Origin: an uncultured Gammaproteobacteria bacterium
Lineage (GTDB): Bacteria > Patescibacteriota > Patescibacteriia > UBA9934
Assembly: GCA_964599455.1 (NCBI GenBank)
Contig: CAZREA010000001.1
Coordinates: forward strand, 135,687-199,686
Reading direction: 5' to 3'
Length of the DNA: 64,000 nt
This document shows, piece by piece, positions 1-9,507 of the stretch; position 1 is the stretch's first letter; each line of letters begins with the position of its first letter. The translations under genes and the position numbers were made by a program. Under the pieces are notes generated by a model. The model was not told where the DNA came from, did no database searches, and saw only the letters and a list, made by a program, of their open reading frames with translations.

Positions 1-32
1 GCTATGGTTATTTAGCCCGCCGAGATCGCCCT

Positions 33-172
33 AATACAAAAAGCGACACCCGGTGGTGCTTCACTACCCAGCCCAAGCACGGATCGTGCTCGAACTGTTT
101 TAACCGGATGCCGCTTTATGCGCGCGATCCGATAAGCCGAAATACGGCCCTGTTTAGGCTGAGTAGTGAAGC
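33..172 (-). ncRNA. Candidate structured RNA (multi-stem plus pseudoknot; c4/c4-2-like architecture)
   Basis: Arms 58-79 and 151-172 pair, with mismatches that are mostly G-U on the minus strand. 103-117 pairs with 40-54 (pseudoknot). Inner stems at 81-89/122-130 and 137-149. Minus-strand promoter immediately upstream. Confidence 0.55.
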
Positions 173-178
173 GAGACA

Positions 179-206
179 ATTGTAGCATAGGAACCCCGAA
201 AGTAAA
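179..206 (-). promoter_or_regulatory. Sigma70-like promoter for the leftward RNA
   Basis: TTTACT-16 bp-TACAAT with extended TGn; the predicted start falls at the 5' end of the main stem. Confidence 0.5.
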
Positions 207-333
207 GGGATTTTCTCAACATATTTCGGGTGAATAAATGGGTTATTTCGATCATTAACTTACCAACAGCTAGGGGCTAGGCACCCGGGACCACAGCGTT
301 AGCATGTGGGACATAAGAATGATTAATTGCCTT

Positions 334-1668
334 ATGTACGCACAAAATACGAACACCGAGAGCGATCAGCTAAAGGAATCTGAGCCGCTCAAATACTGTC
401 TGTACGCTCGCAAATCATCGGAAGATGACGAACGCCAAGCGTTATCCATCGAGAGCCAGGTGAAAGAAGTGCTCGAAATAGCCGCCAGGGATCGGCTCAA
501 TGTCGTCGAAATTCGCCGCGAAAGTCACTCCGCCAAAAACTCCGGGTCACGCCCGGAGTTTAATCGTTTAATTGACGACATTCGTTTGAAAAAGTTCGAC
601 GGGATCCTCACGTGGGCAGCGGATCGTATCAGTCGTAATGCCGGTGACCTTGGCACGGTTGTTGATCTCATGGATCAGGGAATGCTTCAGGAAATCCGAA
701 CAAGTGGACCGAAGTTCACCAACTCCCCGAGCGATAAGTTCATGCTCATGATGTTATGTAGTCATGCGAAGCTCGAAAACGATAACAAGGGTGTGAACGT
801 GAAGCGCGGGTTCCGAGCGAAGGTAGAAATGGGCTACAGACCTAATATGTCACCATTGGGCTATCTTCACGACAAATACGCCCCCAAGGGAGAAAGACGC
901 ATATATATCGATCCTGAGCGTGGCCCCGTAATTCAAGAGGCTTTCCGTAAGGTTGCCTATGAAGGATTTACTGGGCGGGATTTGAAACGCTGGCTTGATG
1001 ACGAAAAACAATTCAAAACACGCAAAGGCAAAAAGGTTTCCCTGAGCATGATTTACCGGATGATCGACAACTCGTTTTACACGGGTCGATATGAGTTCCC
1101 GCAAGGAAGCGGACGATGGTATCAGGGAAAGCATGATCCACTGATCAATAAAGAAATCTTTGAACGTGCACGAGAAGTAATGAAGGGTGCCGAGCGTACC
1201 AACCGCCCTGGGTCGAAAGAATTCGGATTCACCAAGATGTTTAAGTGCAACACCTGTAACTACGGAATCACGGCTGACGAAAAGATTAAACGCCTGAAAG
1301 ACGGAACGATTCGGAGATATGTCTACTACGGCTGCAATAAAAAATGGCTTACCGGTTGCAGGGAACCGTATATCCGGGAGGAAGACATGTTGAGTCAGCT
1401 ATGTAAAATTATCGACAAAGTGGATATTGATGAGCTAACGGCTGTAGATCGCATTAAGCAGGAGATCGGTCGGCTCCAGAAAATGATCTCAAGTTTGGGT
1501 GGTCATATAGCTACGGAAAAGATTGCTGGAATGATGCCGGACATCGATGTCTATGCCTGCGCTAAATATATTCTGAAAGAAGGAACTCTAGAAGAGAAAA
1601 GAAACTTACTTCAATCAATTAAAAGTATGATCGCTCTCGGGTCCGGTCAGTTAATCGTATTGAAGTAG
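334..1668 (+). CDS. Large serine recombinase (resolvase + recombinase + Zn-ribbon)
   Basis: YARKSS catalytic motif, DRISRN, PLGY, G-x-H-x-PLI, CxxC...YYGC...C zinc ribbon. Start may be 304, 319 or 334. Confidence 0.92.
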   Translation: MYAQNTNTESDQLKESEPLKYCLYARKSSEDDERQALSIESQVKEVLEIAARDRLNVVEIRRESHSAKNSGSRPEFNRLIDDIRLKKFDGILTWAADRISRNAGDLGTVVDLMDQGMLQEIRTSGPKFTNSPSDKFMLMMLCSHAKLENDNKGVNVKRGFRAKVEMGYRPNMSPLGYLHDKYAPKGERRIYIDPERGPVIQEAFRKVAYEGFTGRDLKRWLDDEKQFKTRKGKKVSLSMIYRMIDNSFYTGRYEFPQGSGRWYQGKHDPLINKEIFERAREVMKGAERTNRPGSKEFGFTKMFKCNTCNYGITADEKIKRLKDGTIRRYVYYGCNKKWLTGCREPYIREEDMLSQLCKIIDKVDIDELTAVDRIKQEIGRLQKMISSLGGHIATEKIAGMMPDIDVYACAKYILKEGTLEEKRNLLQSIKSMIALGSGQLIVLK

Positions 1669-1729
1669 ATTACCAATTTTTATCTCCATTCGATTAGGTG
1701 TATAATTTTATCAATTAATCCATGTATAT

Positions 1730-1951
1730 ATGAAATTTTCTCAAGTTCTCCACGTCGCCGGGGTCATCGTAGGGTTTGCAGGCATCATTACTGCTTTAGC
1801 CGGGATCATGGCCGGAGCCGAGAATCTCGTTTGGGGCCTTACCCGTGAGCATCTATTTCTCTGTTCGGGTCTTCTCATGCTGATTGCGATTTGGATCAGT
1901 ATCAGTACCATTCACCACATGATGCTTGAAAAGGAAAAACGTCTCGTCTAA
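1730..1951 (+). CDS. Small two-TM membrane protein
   Basis: 73 aa, two hydrophobic helices, upstream TATAAT, downstream terminator. Confidence 0.7.
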   Translation: MKFSQVLHVAGVIVGFAGIITALAGIMAGAENLVWGLTREHLFLCSGLLMLIAIWISISTIHHMMLEKEKRLV

Positions 1952-1954
1952 AAC

Positions 1955-1987
1955 AGCAAAACCCGGCTTCATAGCCGGGTTTTTGCT
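1955..1987. terminator. Bidirectional intrinsic terminator
   Basis: AAAACCCGGCT-tcat-AGCCGGGTTTT between convergent genes. Confidence 0.85.
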
Positions 1988-2065
1988 TATGACGTTAATC
2001 TCTTCGGGTATTGCACTGCCAAAAAGATTCGAGTAACCAAAACGTGATCCACTTCGACAGGGAGC

Positions 2066-2245
2066 CTAGTGCTTATGCCCACCTTTGTCTCCGCCGTGCC
2101 CGCCATGCATGAAGATCATCATGAGCGGACAGATGGCGAGGAAACTGAGTGTGAGAATATTGGAAGTACTGGCTTTCCCCGTGAGAGCCAGGATGACTAT
2201 TCCAATGGCAATAACTCCGATAATGATCCAGTGCATTGTTTTCAT
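2066..2245 (-). CDS. DUF2933-like small His-tailed membrane protein
   Basis: Two TMs followed by CPLMMIFMHGGHG...GHKH; typical neighbour of Cu-ATPases. Confidence 0.75.
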   Translation of the reverse strand: MKTMHWIIIGVIAIGIVILALTGKASTSNILTLSFLAICPLMMIFMHGGHGGDKGGHKH

Positions 2246-2263
2246 ACACAAGTGTTAAATATT

Positions 2264-4330
2264 TTAGACGAGCTTTGATTCAACGCGCTTGAGCATGACT
2301 GCATTCGTGGCCACGATGATGGACGACGCGGACATGAGAAGCGCGGAGATTTCCGGACGGAGCATCCAGCCGAAGGCAGTATAGAACGCGCCAGCGGCGA
2401 CAGGGATCGCGAGGATGTTGTAAATGGCAGCCCAGAAGAGGTTCTGCTTCATCTTTACCACCGTGGCTTTCGAGAGCGTGATCGCCTTCAAAACGTCAGC
2501 CGGGTCAGATTTCATGAGAACAATGTTCGCGGTTTCGATGGCGACGTCGGTTCCCGCGCCGATCGCGATGCCTATGTCTGATTGGGCAAGCGCCGGCGCA
2601 TCATTTATTCCGTCGCCGACCATGGCGACGAATTTTCCTTCGTTTTGAAGCTTCTTCACGTAGCTCGCTTTCTCTTCCGGAAGCACCCGTGCGAAGTAGC
2701 GTTGTATGCCAAGCTCCTTGGCGATGGCCTTTGCTACTCCCTCGTGATCCCCGGTAATCATGACCGCCTCGATTCCGATTTGACGGAGTCCATTGACGGC
2801 TTGTTTCGCCGACGGACGAATAACGTCTGCCACGCCGATGATCGCGGCAACCTTTCCGTCGATACTGAGAATGCTGACGCTCTCTCCGCGACCAACCATT
2901 TTGTTCATCGCCTCCATGATCGGATCGAGATTGATTCCGTGATCCTTCATGAGCCGTTCCGTCCCGACGAGGATCGCCTTGTCATCGACGACTGCGCTCA
3001 CTCCAAGTCCTTTCAACGCTTCAAACTTATTTGCCTTTTCGGGAACGGTGATGCCCTTGGCTTCTGCATAATGAAGAATGGCGAGCCCGACGGGGTGGTT
3101 GGACCCGGCCTCCGCCGCGGCCTGAAGTCCGAGCGCGTCATCTTCGGAGAATCCATTGACGGTCACGACCTCGGTAACTCTTGGTTTTCCTTCCGTAAGC
3201 GTGCCAGTCTTGTCGATTGCCACTACCTGGATCTTTGAGGTCAACTCGAGCGTGGCGGCGTCCTTGATCAAAATGTTGTGCTTCGCCCCGATGCCGGTTC
3301 CAACAGCAACGGCGGTAGGCGTGGCCAGGCCGAGCGCGTCCGGGCAAGCGATCACGATGGCGGAAACGGCAAACGTCAGCGCGGTGACGAGATCAACATC
3401 GCCAAGAAATGTCCAACTAAGAAACGTGACGATACCGGAGGCGATGGCGAGTACCACGAGGTACGCCGCCGCCTTGTCGGCAACACGTTGGCCAGGAGCC
3501 TTGGAGTTCTGCGCCGTCTCAACGAGCTTGATGATACGGGCGAGGACGGTATCGCTTCCGACGCGTTCCGCAATAAAGTTGATCGTCCCGCTTTGGTTGA
3601 TCGATCCGCCGACGACCTTGTCGCCGATGTTTTTGACGACGGGAAGTGATTCTCCGGTCACGAGCGACTCGTCGATCGTCGTCTCTCCGGACGCCACGGA
3701 TCCGTCCACCGGAATTTTGTCACCCGGACGAATGACGATGGCATCGCCGATAACGATTTCCGAAGTAAGGATTTCTTGTTGTTTTCCATTTCTCATCACC
3801 AGTGCCTTTGGAGGAACGAGGTCAAAGAGTGCCCGTAGCGATTCCGACGTGCCCCGACGTGACTTCATTTCCATCCAGTGACCGAACAGTACGAAAGTAA
3901 CGAGGAGTGCCGCGGCCTCAAAGAACGTCTCGCCGCCGACCGTCAGCGTGAGGAAGACGCTAAACCCGTACGCCGCCAACACCCCGGTCGCGATGAGCAC
4001 CGACATGTTGAGCTTACGCTTGCGAAGCGCGTGGTAGGTGCCGGTAATGAAGATGGAACCGGCCCAAAAGACGATCGGCGTCGTAAGGATGAACAGCAGC
4101 CATGACGTGGGAATGGGCGTTGGCAGAGTACCGAGAAGCGATTCGCCGACGGGCGAATAGAGAAACACAGGAATCGACAAAACGAACGCCACCCAGAAAC
4201 GACGGCGCATGTCGGCCTCCATGGCCTTGGCCATCGCGGGATCGGTCATCGCCGCCTCGTGGTCTGCGTGGCTCATCTTTTGCATGTCGTGCCCTTGGTG
4301 GGCGTGACCGCCCATGTGTTCATTTTGCAT
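2264..4330 (-). CDS. Copper-translocating P1B-type ATPase with His/Met-rich N-terminus and CPD motif
   Basis: TGES, ACPDALGLATP, DKTGTLT, HP, GDGINDAP, YN and MSASS motifs. Confidence 0.95.
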   Translation of the reverse strand: MQNEHMGGHAHQGHDMQKMSHADHEAAMTDPAMAKAMEADMRRRFWVAFVLSIPVFLYSPVGESLLGTLPTPIPTSWLLFILTTPIVFWAGSIFITGTYHALRKRKLNMSVLIATGVLAAYGFSVFLTLTVGGETFFEAAALLVTFVLFGHWMEMKSRRGTSESLRALFDLVPPKALVMRNGKQQEILTSEIVIGDAIVIRPGDKIPVDGSVASGETTIDESLVTGESLPVVKNIGDKVVGGSINQSGTINFIAERVGSDTVLARIIKLVETAQNSKAPGQRVADKAAAYLVVLAIASGIVTFLSWTFLGDVDLVTALTFAVSAIVIACPDALGLATPTAVAVGTGIGAKHNILIKDAATLELTSKIQVVAIDKTGTLTEGKPRVTEVVTVNGFSEDDALGLQAAAEAGSNHPVGLAILHYAEAKGITVPEKANKFEALKGLGVSAVVDDKAILVGTERLMKDHGINLDPIMEAMNKMVGRGESVSILSIDGKVAAIIGVADVIRPSAKQAVNGLRQIGIEAVMITGDHEGVAKAIAKELGIQRYFARVLPEEKASYVKKLQNEGKFVAMVGDGINDAPALAQSDIGIAIGAGTDVAIETANIVLMKSDPADVLKAITLSKATVVKMKQNLFWAAIYNILAIPVAAGAFYTAFGWMLRPEISALLMSASSIIVATNAVMLKRVESKLV

Positions 4331-5171
4331 AGGCCGGATGTTTACATAGCTCGCCAGCCTCGGCGATTGCCTTGGCTAACGTTTCCTCTGGCAGGATTGA
4401 GGTAACGCTCAATTGTCTGTCAAAGAGATCTTGGCAAAGGACGATGCCTTCGGCAAGCAAAGCCCGCCTCTGTTCGATTTTGAGCGACGTGAGACACGTG
4501 ATCGGATGCAGTCCCCGCACGTCGATCATCCTTTCGAGGCTCTCGCCGAGCGGACCGGTGTTCCAGCCGAGGAGTTTGAGTCCGGCGCAGGATCCGTATG
4601 CCAAAGCATCGTCGGTAAAACGCGTATTGGTGACAAGCCAGCCCTCGCGGTTCCGATCGCCCCTGAACGGTTTTCCCTCACGTTCACAAAGATCCTCGAA
4701 TCGAGCGAGCACGTACAGGGGTGTTTGTACGCTACATTTCGTGCCTGGGACATTGTGAAATTTGCATTCAGCAAATCCGTGGACGGCTTCCTTGGTGAGA
4801 ACAACGTCCACTTCGTGGCTGACACATTTTCCCGGCAAGACAATGCCGACTTGTGTTTTGTATCCCATCGCATCGAAAAGCCGCGCGGCATATCGCTCGA
4901 ACGGAAAGCCGCTCGGGCCGAGCGCGAAGATCGCTTTCTTAAGATTGTAACGGGCGGCGAAGGACTTCCGATGCGTCTTCAGCATCGCAAACGCGCGATC
5001 GTGGATAACTTTCGTGGATACGCCCTCATAGACCTGGCCTGAAATATGCTCGACGATCTCGTCGGCCAACATCGGATCGGCTCCGGATCGCTCCAAGGAT
5101 CCTCGCAATTTATCTTGCGAAAACTCTTGGAGTTCCCCGGACGCCTTTTTGACCATGATTTTCCTGGTCAT
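4320..5171 (-). CDS. ATP-cone domain + Mrr-like PD-(D/E)xK nuclease-fold protein
   Basis: N-terminal VKKASGE..FS.DKL..SL ATP-cone; GFPFE, HEVDV, ECKFH, VTNTRFT. Confidence 0.8.
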   Translation of the reverse strand: MTRKIMVKKASGELQEFSQDKLRGSLERSGADPMLADEIVEHISGQVYEGVSTKVIHDRAFAMLKTHRKSFAARYNLKKAIFALGPSGFPFERYAARLFDAMGYKTQVGIVLPGKCVSHEVDVVLTKEAVHGFAECKFHNVPGTKCSVQTPLYVLARFEDLCEREGKPFRGDRNREGWLVTNTRFTDDALAYGSCAGLKLLGWNTGPLGESLERMIDVRGLHPITCLTSLKIEQRRALLAEGIVLCQDLFDRQLSVTSILPEETLAKAIAEAGELCKHPAYAK

Positions 5172-5190
5172 AATGTGCGACGGACAAGGC

Positions 5191-5886
5191 CTATAGCCCG
5201 TCCGGAAAATTAAAACTCGAAGGGATCGGGTTTGGAATATCTTGCCCGTAAACGACTAAAATTTCATAATGCTGATCGAGTGGAACCTGCCTTGGGTCAC
5301 CTTCGTACTTGCTTCCATCAACAAAGACGGCAAGCGGATGCGTTTCGTCCGTGACGTAGCCGCCGATATTCGTCTGCGTGAATGAAACTCCCCAGACATC
5401 AAAAAACACTCCAAGAGTCGGGTTTAGATTCACATCCGTCGTCTCGACGTGAATAATTCCATCTCCCTCTGAACCGTGGGTATGAATCGGTACTTCTGCT
5501 TGGCGAGAGAGGCCGATGTTGTGAGGTACGGGAACCGATTTGCCATTGACGAAAATATCAAGGTGCTGATGGTGATGGAGTTTGGGCGGATCGGCGGGTG
5601 CCATGCCGAAGACCTGCATTAGCAACGGTAGATCCGACGAGTTTGGCTTCCAGGTGTCCGCATTGTTCAGATCGAGCGTCATGTGTGAAAGACGGTTGGC
5701 AATAAAGTCTGAACTGTCCGTCACGTCGCTTGATGCTACGGGGGCAGAATCATCGTTCGGCTCTATGGAGTCCTTCTCGTGCGAAGAAGAAAACGCGCTC
5801 CAAACGATAAGTATCATGATGGCTGCGACCAGCCCCCACACGATTCTTTTGCGAAAGGATGCACCATCTTTCGTTTGCTCTTCCAT
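5191..5886 (-). CDS. Membrane-anchored His-rich putative metal-binding protein
   Basis: N-terminal TM; HHHQHL...VP.NIG...PIHTH...GIIHVE...TLG.FF..WG pattern. Confidence 0.75.
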   Translation of the reverse strand: MEEQTKDGASFRKRIVWGLVAAIMILIVWSAFSSSHEKDSIEPNDDSAPVASSDVTDSSDFIANRLSHMTLDLNNADTWKPNSSDLPLLMQVFGMAPADPPKLHHHQHLDIFVNGKSVPVPHNIGLSRQAEVPIHTHGSEGDGIIHVETTDVNLNPTLGVFFDVWGVSFTQTNIGGYVTDETHPLAVFVDGSKYEGDPRQVPLDQHYEILVVYGQDIPNPIPSSFNFPDGL

Positions 5887-5929
5887 AGGTTTCTGAAGTA
5901 TAAGTAAGTAATGATATATTATACCCGCT
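5887..5929. promoter_or_regulatory. Divergent promoter region with possible ArsR operator
   Basis: Only 43 bp between divergent starts; GTATAA-N15-TTATAC inverted repeat at 5898-5924. Confidence 0.4.
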
Positions 5930-6286
5930 ATGAGGAACAAACAAGTTCAGACTGATCTCGAGTCTAGATTATTCCGGGGCCTAGCCGATACATCCAGACT
6001 GTCCATTCTGGAATCAATCTTAACGGGACCGGCAACCGTCTCACAGATCGTCAAAACTACCGGACTCTCCCAACCCAACACTTCCGCGCATCTGTCCTGC
6101 CTGTTGGAATGCGGTCTCGTCCGGAAGAAGAGACAGGGCCGTGAGGTATTTTATCGGATTGCAATGAAAGAAGCCGCGGAAATCATTTTTCTTGGTCGGA
6201 AGATCCTAAGAAATCACGCGAAAGGAATTGGTCAGTGTGCTGAACTTTGCGAGAAATCATCGTGCAGGCAAAAGCCTAATCCGTAA
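5930..6286 (+). CDS. ArsR/SmtB family metalloregulator
   Basis: F..LAD.SRL.IL, SQPNTSAHL.CL.ECGLV...R.GR.V.Y; Cys-rich C-terminus. Confidence 0.9.
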   Translation: MRNKQVQTDLESRLFRGLADTSRLSILESILTGPATVSQIVKTTGLSQPNTSAHLSCLLECGLVRKKRQGREVFYRIAMKEAAEIIFLGRKILRNHAKGIGQCAELCEKSSCRQKPNP

Positions 6287-6300
6287 CTCATTCTGTTCTT

Positions 6301-7890
6301 TTATTTCACCGTAAATGGCAACGCCATGCCCGCCTCAAGATGCTCGGCAATGTGGCAATGCGCCATCCATGTACCCAGATTAGTCACCTCAAGAAGAATC
6401 TCCATCGTTTCGCCGCTTGGAATAAGCGCGGTGTCCTTCCAGGCCATGTTTGTTTCTTGAACACCGTCGCGTGAAAGGATCAGGAAACGTTGCCCGTGGA
6501 AGTGAATCGGGTGCTGCATGGGGTGCATGGTCGAGTCGTCGTTGTCGATGCGGATTTTCACCAAGTCACCGACGGAAAAGTTCCAGTCGTCAATGTCCAT
6601 GTTTTTCTTGCCTGTCGCGGTGTCGATCATGTCCCAATCGACCATCGACGTGTCGGAAGACGCGTTCATCGCGCTCGACATATCCTCCCATTCGATGCCG
6701 TCCTTGGATCCGCCCATCATCATGCCGCCGTTCATCATCATTCCACCGCCCATGGAGTGGGTCCCGTTCTGCATCATGCCGCTCATCCGCGCGTTCATGC
6801 TGACGGATAGGCGCAGGAACTTGTCGACTGGCTTGTTGAAAAATGGACGCAGACGATCGATCTCGCTGACGACACTCACGTGCTCTCGAAGGACGCCGAA
6901 CGTGTCGACGTAAGACGGCGAGGCGGGCTCGCCGGAGGTCACGACGGTACCGATCGTCGTCGTGGATTCCGGCGTGGCGTTCTGGAGTTTATACGTTCCG
7001 TTCTTCGGGAACATCACTTCAACGACCGCGCGCTCCGACGGCCCGATTGTCACCGCGTCTTGCCACGTCTCCCGCTCATAGGCGCTCGCGTCGCTCCCGA
7101 CGAGCTTCATTTTTGCCCCACCGGCAAAAGCGATACGGAACGGTCGGACGTTCGCCGCGTTGGTGATGAAAAATCGCACAACCTCACCTGGCTGCACGCT
7201 GAGCTGATAGTCCGTATCGCCATTCACGAGCATCACGTTGCCATAACGCCCCATCAGGGCATACGTCGCGTCTTCCGTGCCATGTGGGACGATCTCGTCG
7301 TTTTCCATCAGGATGTCGTCGACGAACAACGGAACTTCTTGATTGACCGGCGACCAGTACCCGACCTCCTCCGGCGTCACGAAGTAATTTCCATAGAGTC
7401 CCAAATCCTGCGCGAGGTCTTCGCGCACGTGCGGGTGGTACCAGTACATTCCCGCATCCGGGAACGAGAGGTTGTATGTGAACTCTCCACCTGGCGGAAT
7501 CGCGTCCTGGACGAGGTCGGTTCCGTCCGACGCGTTATCGAGACGCAGCCCGTGGGAATGAAGAAGCGTCTCGATGTTTGTGTCGTTCTTGAAACGAAGC
7601 GTTACGTTCGCGCCCTGTGGAACGCGTAAAATCGGCCCCGGAATGGAGCCGTTGTACGCGAGCATGGCGTACTCCCGGTTGCCGATTTCCTTTTGCACGT
7701 ATCCCGCTGTCATTTCATACGTGTCGCCATCTTTGAGGTCGACGATCTGCGTATCGGTGGCTTTCGGGAGCGACGCGACATCCGGAAGGTTGTCCGAAGG
7801 CCGGTTGAACATGATGGTGAACAGGAATGTTCCGACGATCAAGACGACGAGCGCGATGCCACCGACCATCCAAATAGATTTTTGTTTCAT
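6301..7890 (-). CDS. Multicopper oxidase, membrane-anchored, with Met-rich insert
   Basis: HSHG, YWYHPH, HPIHFHG and HCHIAEHLEAGM copper motifs; MGGGMMMNGGMMM insert. Confidence 0.95.
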   Translation of the reverse strand: MKQKSIWMVGGIALVVLIVGTFLFTIMFNRPSDNLPDVASLPKATDTQIVDLKDGDTYEMTAGYVQKEIGNREYAMLAYNGSIPGPILRVPQGANVTLRFKNDTNIETLLHSHGLRLDNASDGTDLVQDAIPPGGEFTYNLSFPDAGMYWYHPHVREDLAQDLGLYGNYFVTPEEVGYWSPVNQEVPLFVDDILMENDEIVPHGTEDATYALMGRYGNVMLVNGDTDYQLSVQPGEVVRFFITNAANVRPFRIAFAGGAKMKLVGSDASAYERETWQDAVTIGPSERAVVEVMFPKNGTYKLQNATPESTTTIGTVVTSGEPASPSYVDTFGVLREHVSVVSEIDRLRPFFNKPVDKFLRLSVSMNARMSGMMQNGTHSMGGGMMMNGGMMMGGSKDGIEWEDMSSAMNASSDTSMVDWDMIDTATGKKNMDIDDWNFSVGDLVKIRIDNDDSTMHPMQHPIHFHGQRFLILSRDGVQETNMAWKDTALIPSGETMEILLEVTNLGTWMAHCHIAEHLEAGMALPFTVK

Positions 7891-7900
7891 AGAAGCGTGC

Positions 7901-8413
7901 TTACTTATGATGGTCGATGCCGCGGTAGGCGGCGATGAACGACGTGATCTCGTCCTCGTCAAACGCCTGAAGTTTATCAATTTTCGTCCAGGCCGTCAGG
8001 ACAATTGGCGTCTCCAAATCGGCGTATGGCTCGAGGATTACCTTGTCGGGATATCGATTCATAACATCCTCCAGGCTTGTCTTTGTTGCATCATCAATCT
8101 GTTCGGGATCGTAGTGAATGATCACTCCGCCGTCCTCAAGGTTGTGCACCTGCATTTCGTCCACGATTTGTTCATTGGACACGCCCCAAGGTGCTTTTTG
8201 GTTTAGGTGAGGGCCGGATGTTGGTGGTGAAGTGTTGTACGGGACGTGTTCTTCTTCGATGGATTCCAGATGCTGATTGCCGATGTCCGCAACCGATTCT
8301 CCCGGTCGTGGACGGGTCGCGGCGAAGACAAACAAGACGAAGATGAACAAAATCGGAACAGCATACCAGACGAAAGATATTTTTTTCTTCATATATTTGT
8401 TAGATCGTTTCAT
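7901..8413 (-). CDS. DUF3105-like membrane-anchored protein
   Basis: YNTSPPTSGPH, VHNLEDG, IVLTAW. Confidence 0.85.
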   Translation of the reverse strand: MKRSNKYMKKKISFVWYAVPILFIFVLFVFAATRPRPGESVADIGNQHLESIEEEHVPYNTSPPTSGPHLNQKAPWGVSNEQIVDEMQVHNLEDGGVIIHYDPEQIDDATKTSLEDVMNRYPDKVILEPYADLETPIVLTAWTKIDKLQAFDEDEITSFIAAYRGIDHHK

Positions 8414-8415
8414 TA

Positions 8416-9027
8416 TCAACTTTCACAATCGCCACATGCTTCCTTCGAGTCTCGCAAAACACCAACCGCGCTTGTAAAGACATAGCATCCGATGGCAAGT
8501 GCGATGATAACGTCTGGCCATTTTGATGACGTCATAATAACGAGCAAACCGCCGACCAGCACCCCGGTGTTAGCGAGGAGGTCATTGCGCGAACAAACCC
8601 ATGCCGAACGAATATTGATTCCACCCTTCCTGTGGCGTCTCAGCATCAGGAAGCACGCCGTGTTCACCGTAAGGGCAAGCAAGCCGATCCCCATCATGAC
8701 GAAGCCCTGAATCTCAACCGGACCGAAGATCTTTCCCACGGCCTCACTAATCACGACGAGAGCAAGAAGCGCCATAATGGCACCTTTGACCATCGAGACC
8801 CGACCCTTCCATAGCTCCGTCCTATGAAGCGACCAGATACTGAGACCGTACACCAGGGCATCGCCGAGCATATCGAGCGAGTCCGCTAAGATAGCACTGG
8901 AATGCGCGGCAAACCCCGCATAAACCTCGATAAAAAACATTACTGAATTTAAAACAAGAACGATCCAGAGCATTGATCTTTGTTGCGTGATATTTTTCTG
9001 GGCAGGGACAGGACAGCAGTCAGACAT
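8416..9027 (-). CDS. Short cation diffusion facilitator (CDF) family transporter
   Basis: ADSLDMLGD, RSAWVCSRND, WPD; six TMs; N-terminal CC. Confidence 0.88.
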   Translation of the reverse strand: MSDCCPVPAQKNITQQRSMLWIVLVLNSVMFFIEVYAGFAAHSSAILADSLDMLGDALVYGLSIWSLHRTELWKGRVSMVKGAIMALLALVVISEAVGKIFGPVEIQGFVMMGIGLLALTVNTACFLMLRRHRKGGINIRSAWVCSRNDLLANTGVLVGGLLVIMTSSKWPDVIIALAIGCYVFTSAVGVLRDSKEACGDCES

Positions 9028-9095
9028 ATGCTATTGTTCGGTGTCACTGGCATACGCCAGGACACGATGTGTTTCTCCCATACGGTAAAACGAGT

Positions 9096-9494
9096 TTATC
9101 TTACATTAACAGTGAAGTCCTTACTGAGCGTCTGTCCGTCAGGCAGCGTGATCGTCGTTGCGATCTTCCATGGCCCGAGCATGCTGAAGCTCGCATTTAA
9201 CGCATACGATCCATCTCCCAGAGGTGTCGCCGTTCCTCTCTGCGAACCCATGTTCATCGTCGCCATGTTGATGTCCATGACCACCGTCGCGCCATCGACC
9301 GCCTTTCCCGCGCTGTCCGCGACGTTCACCGTGAGCAAATCCTTTCCCCCGGTCGGAGGATTCGGCGTGGTGACGAGCGTGAGCTGGTAGTCTCCGCCGC
9401 TCGCGCTCGTGGTCGAGGGCGAGGAGGACGAGAGCACCTTGAAACCGATGACGGCCAAAACGATCGCGAGGAAGATGTAGTGTTTTTTGTTCAT
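9096..9494 (-). CDS. FixH/YtkA-like Ig-fold exported protein
   Basis: N-terminal TM; G..V.GA.V...MATMNMG...GDGSY....FSMLGPW. Confidence 0.75.
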   Translation of the reverse strand: MNKKHYIFLAIVLAVIGFKVLSSSSPSTTSASGGDYQLTLVTTPNPPTGGKDLLTVNVADSAGKAVDGATVVMDINMATMNMGSQRGTATPLGDGSYALNASFSMLGPWKIATTITLPDGQTLSKDFTVNVR

Positions 9495-9507
9495 AGACGA
9501 ATGATAA

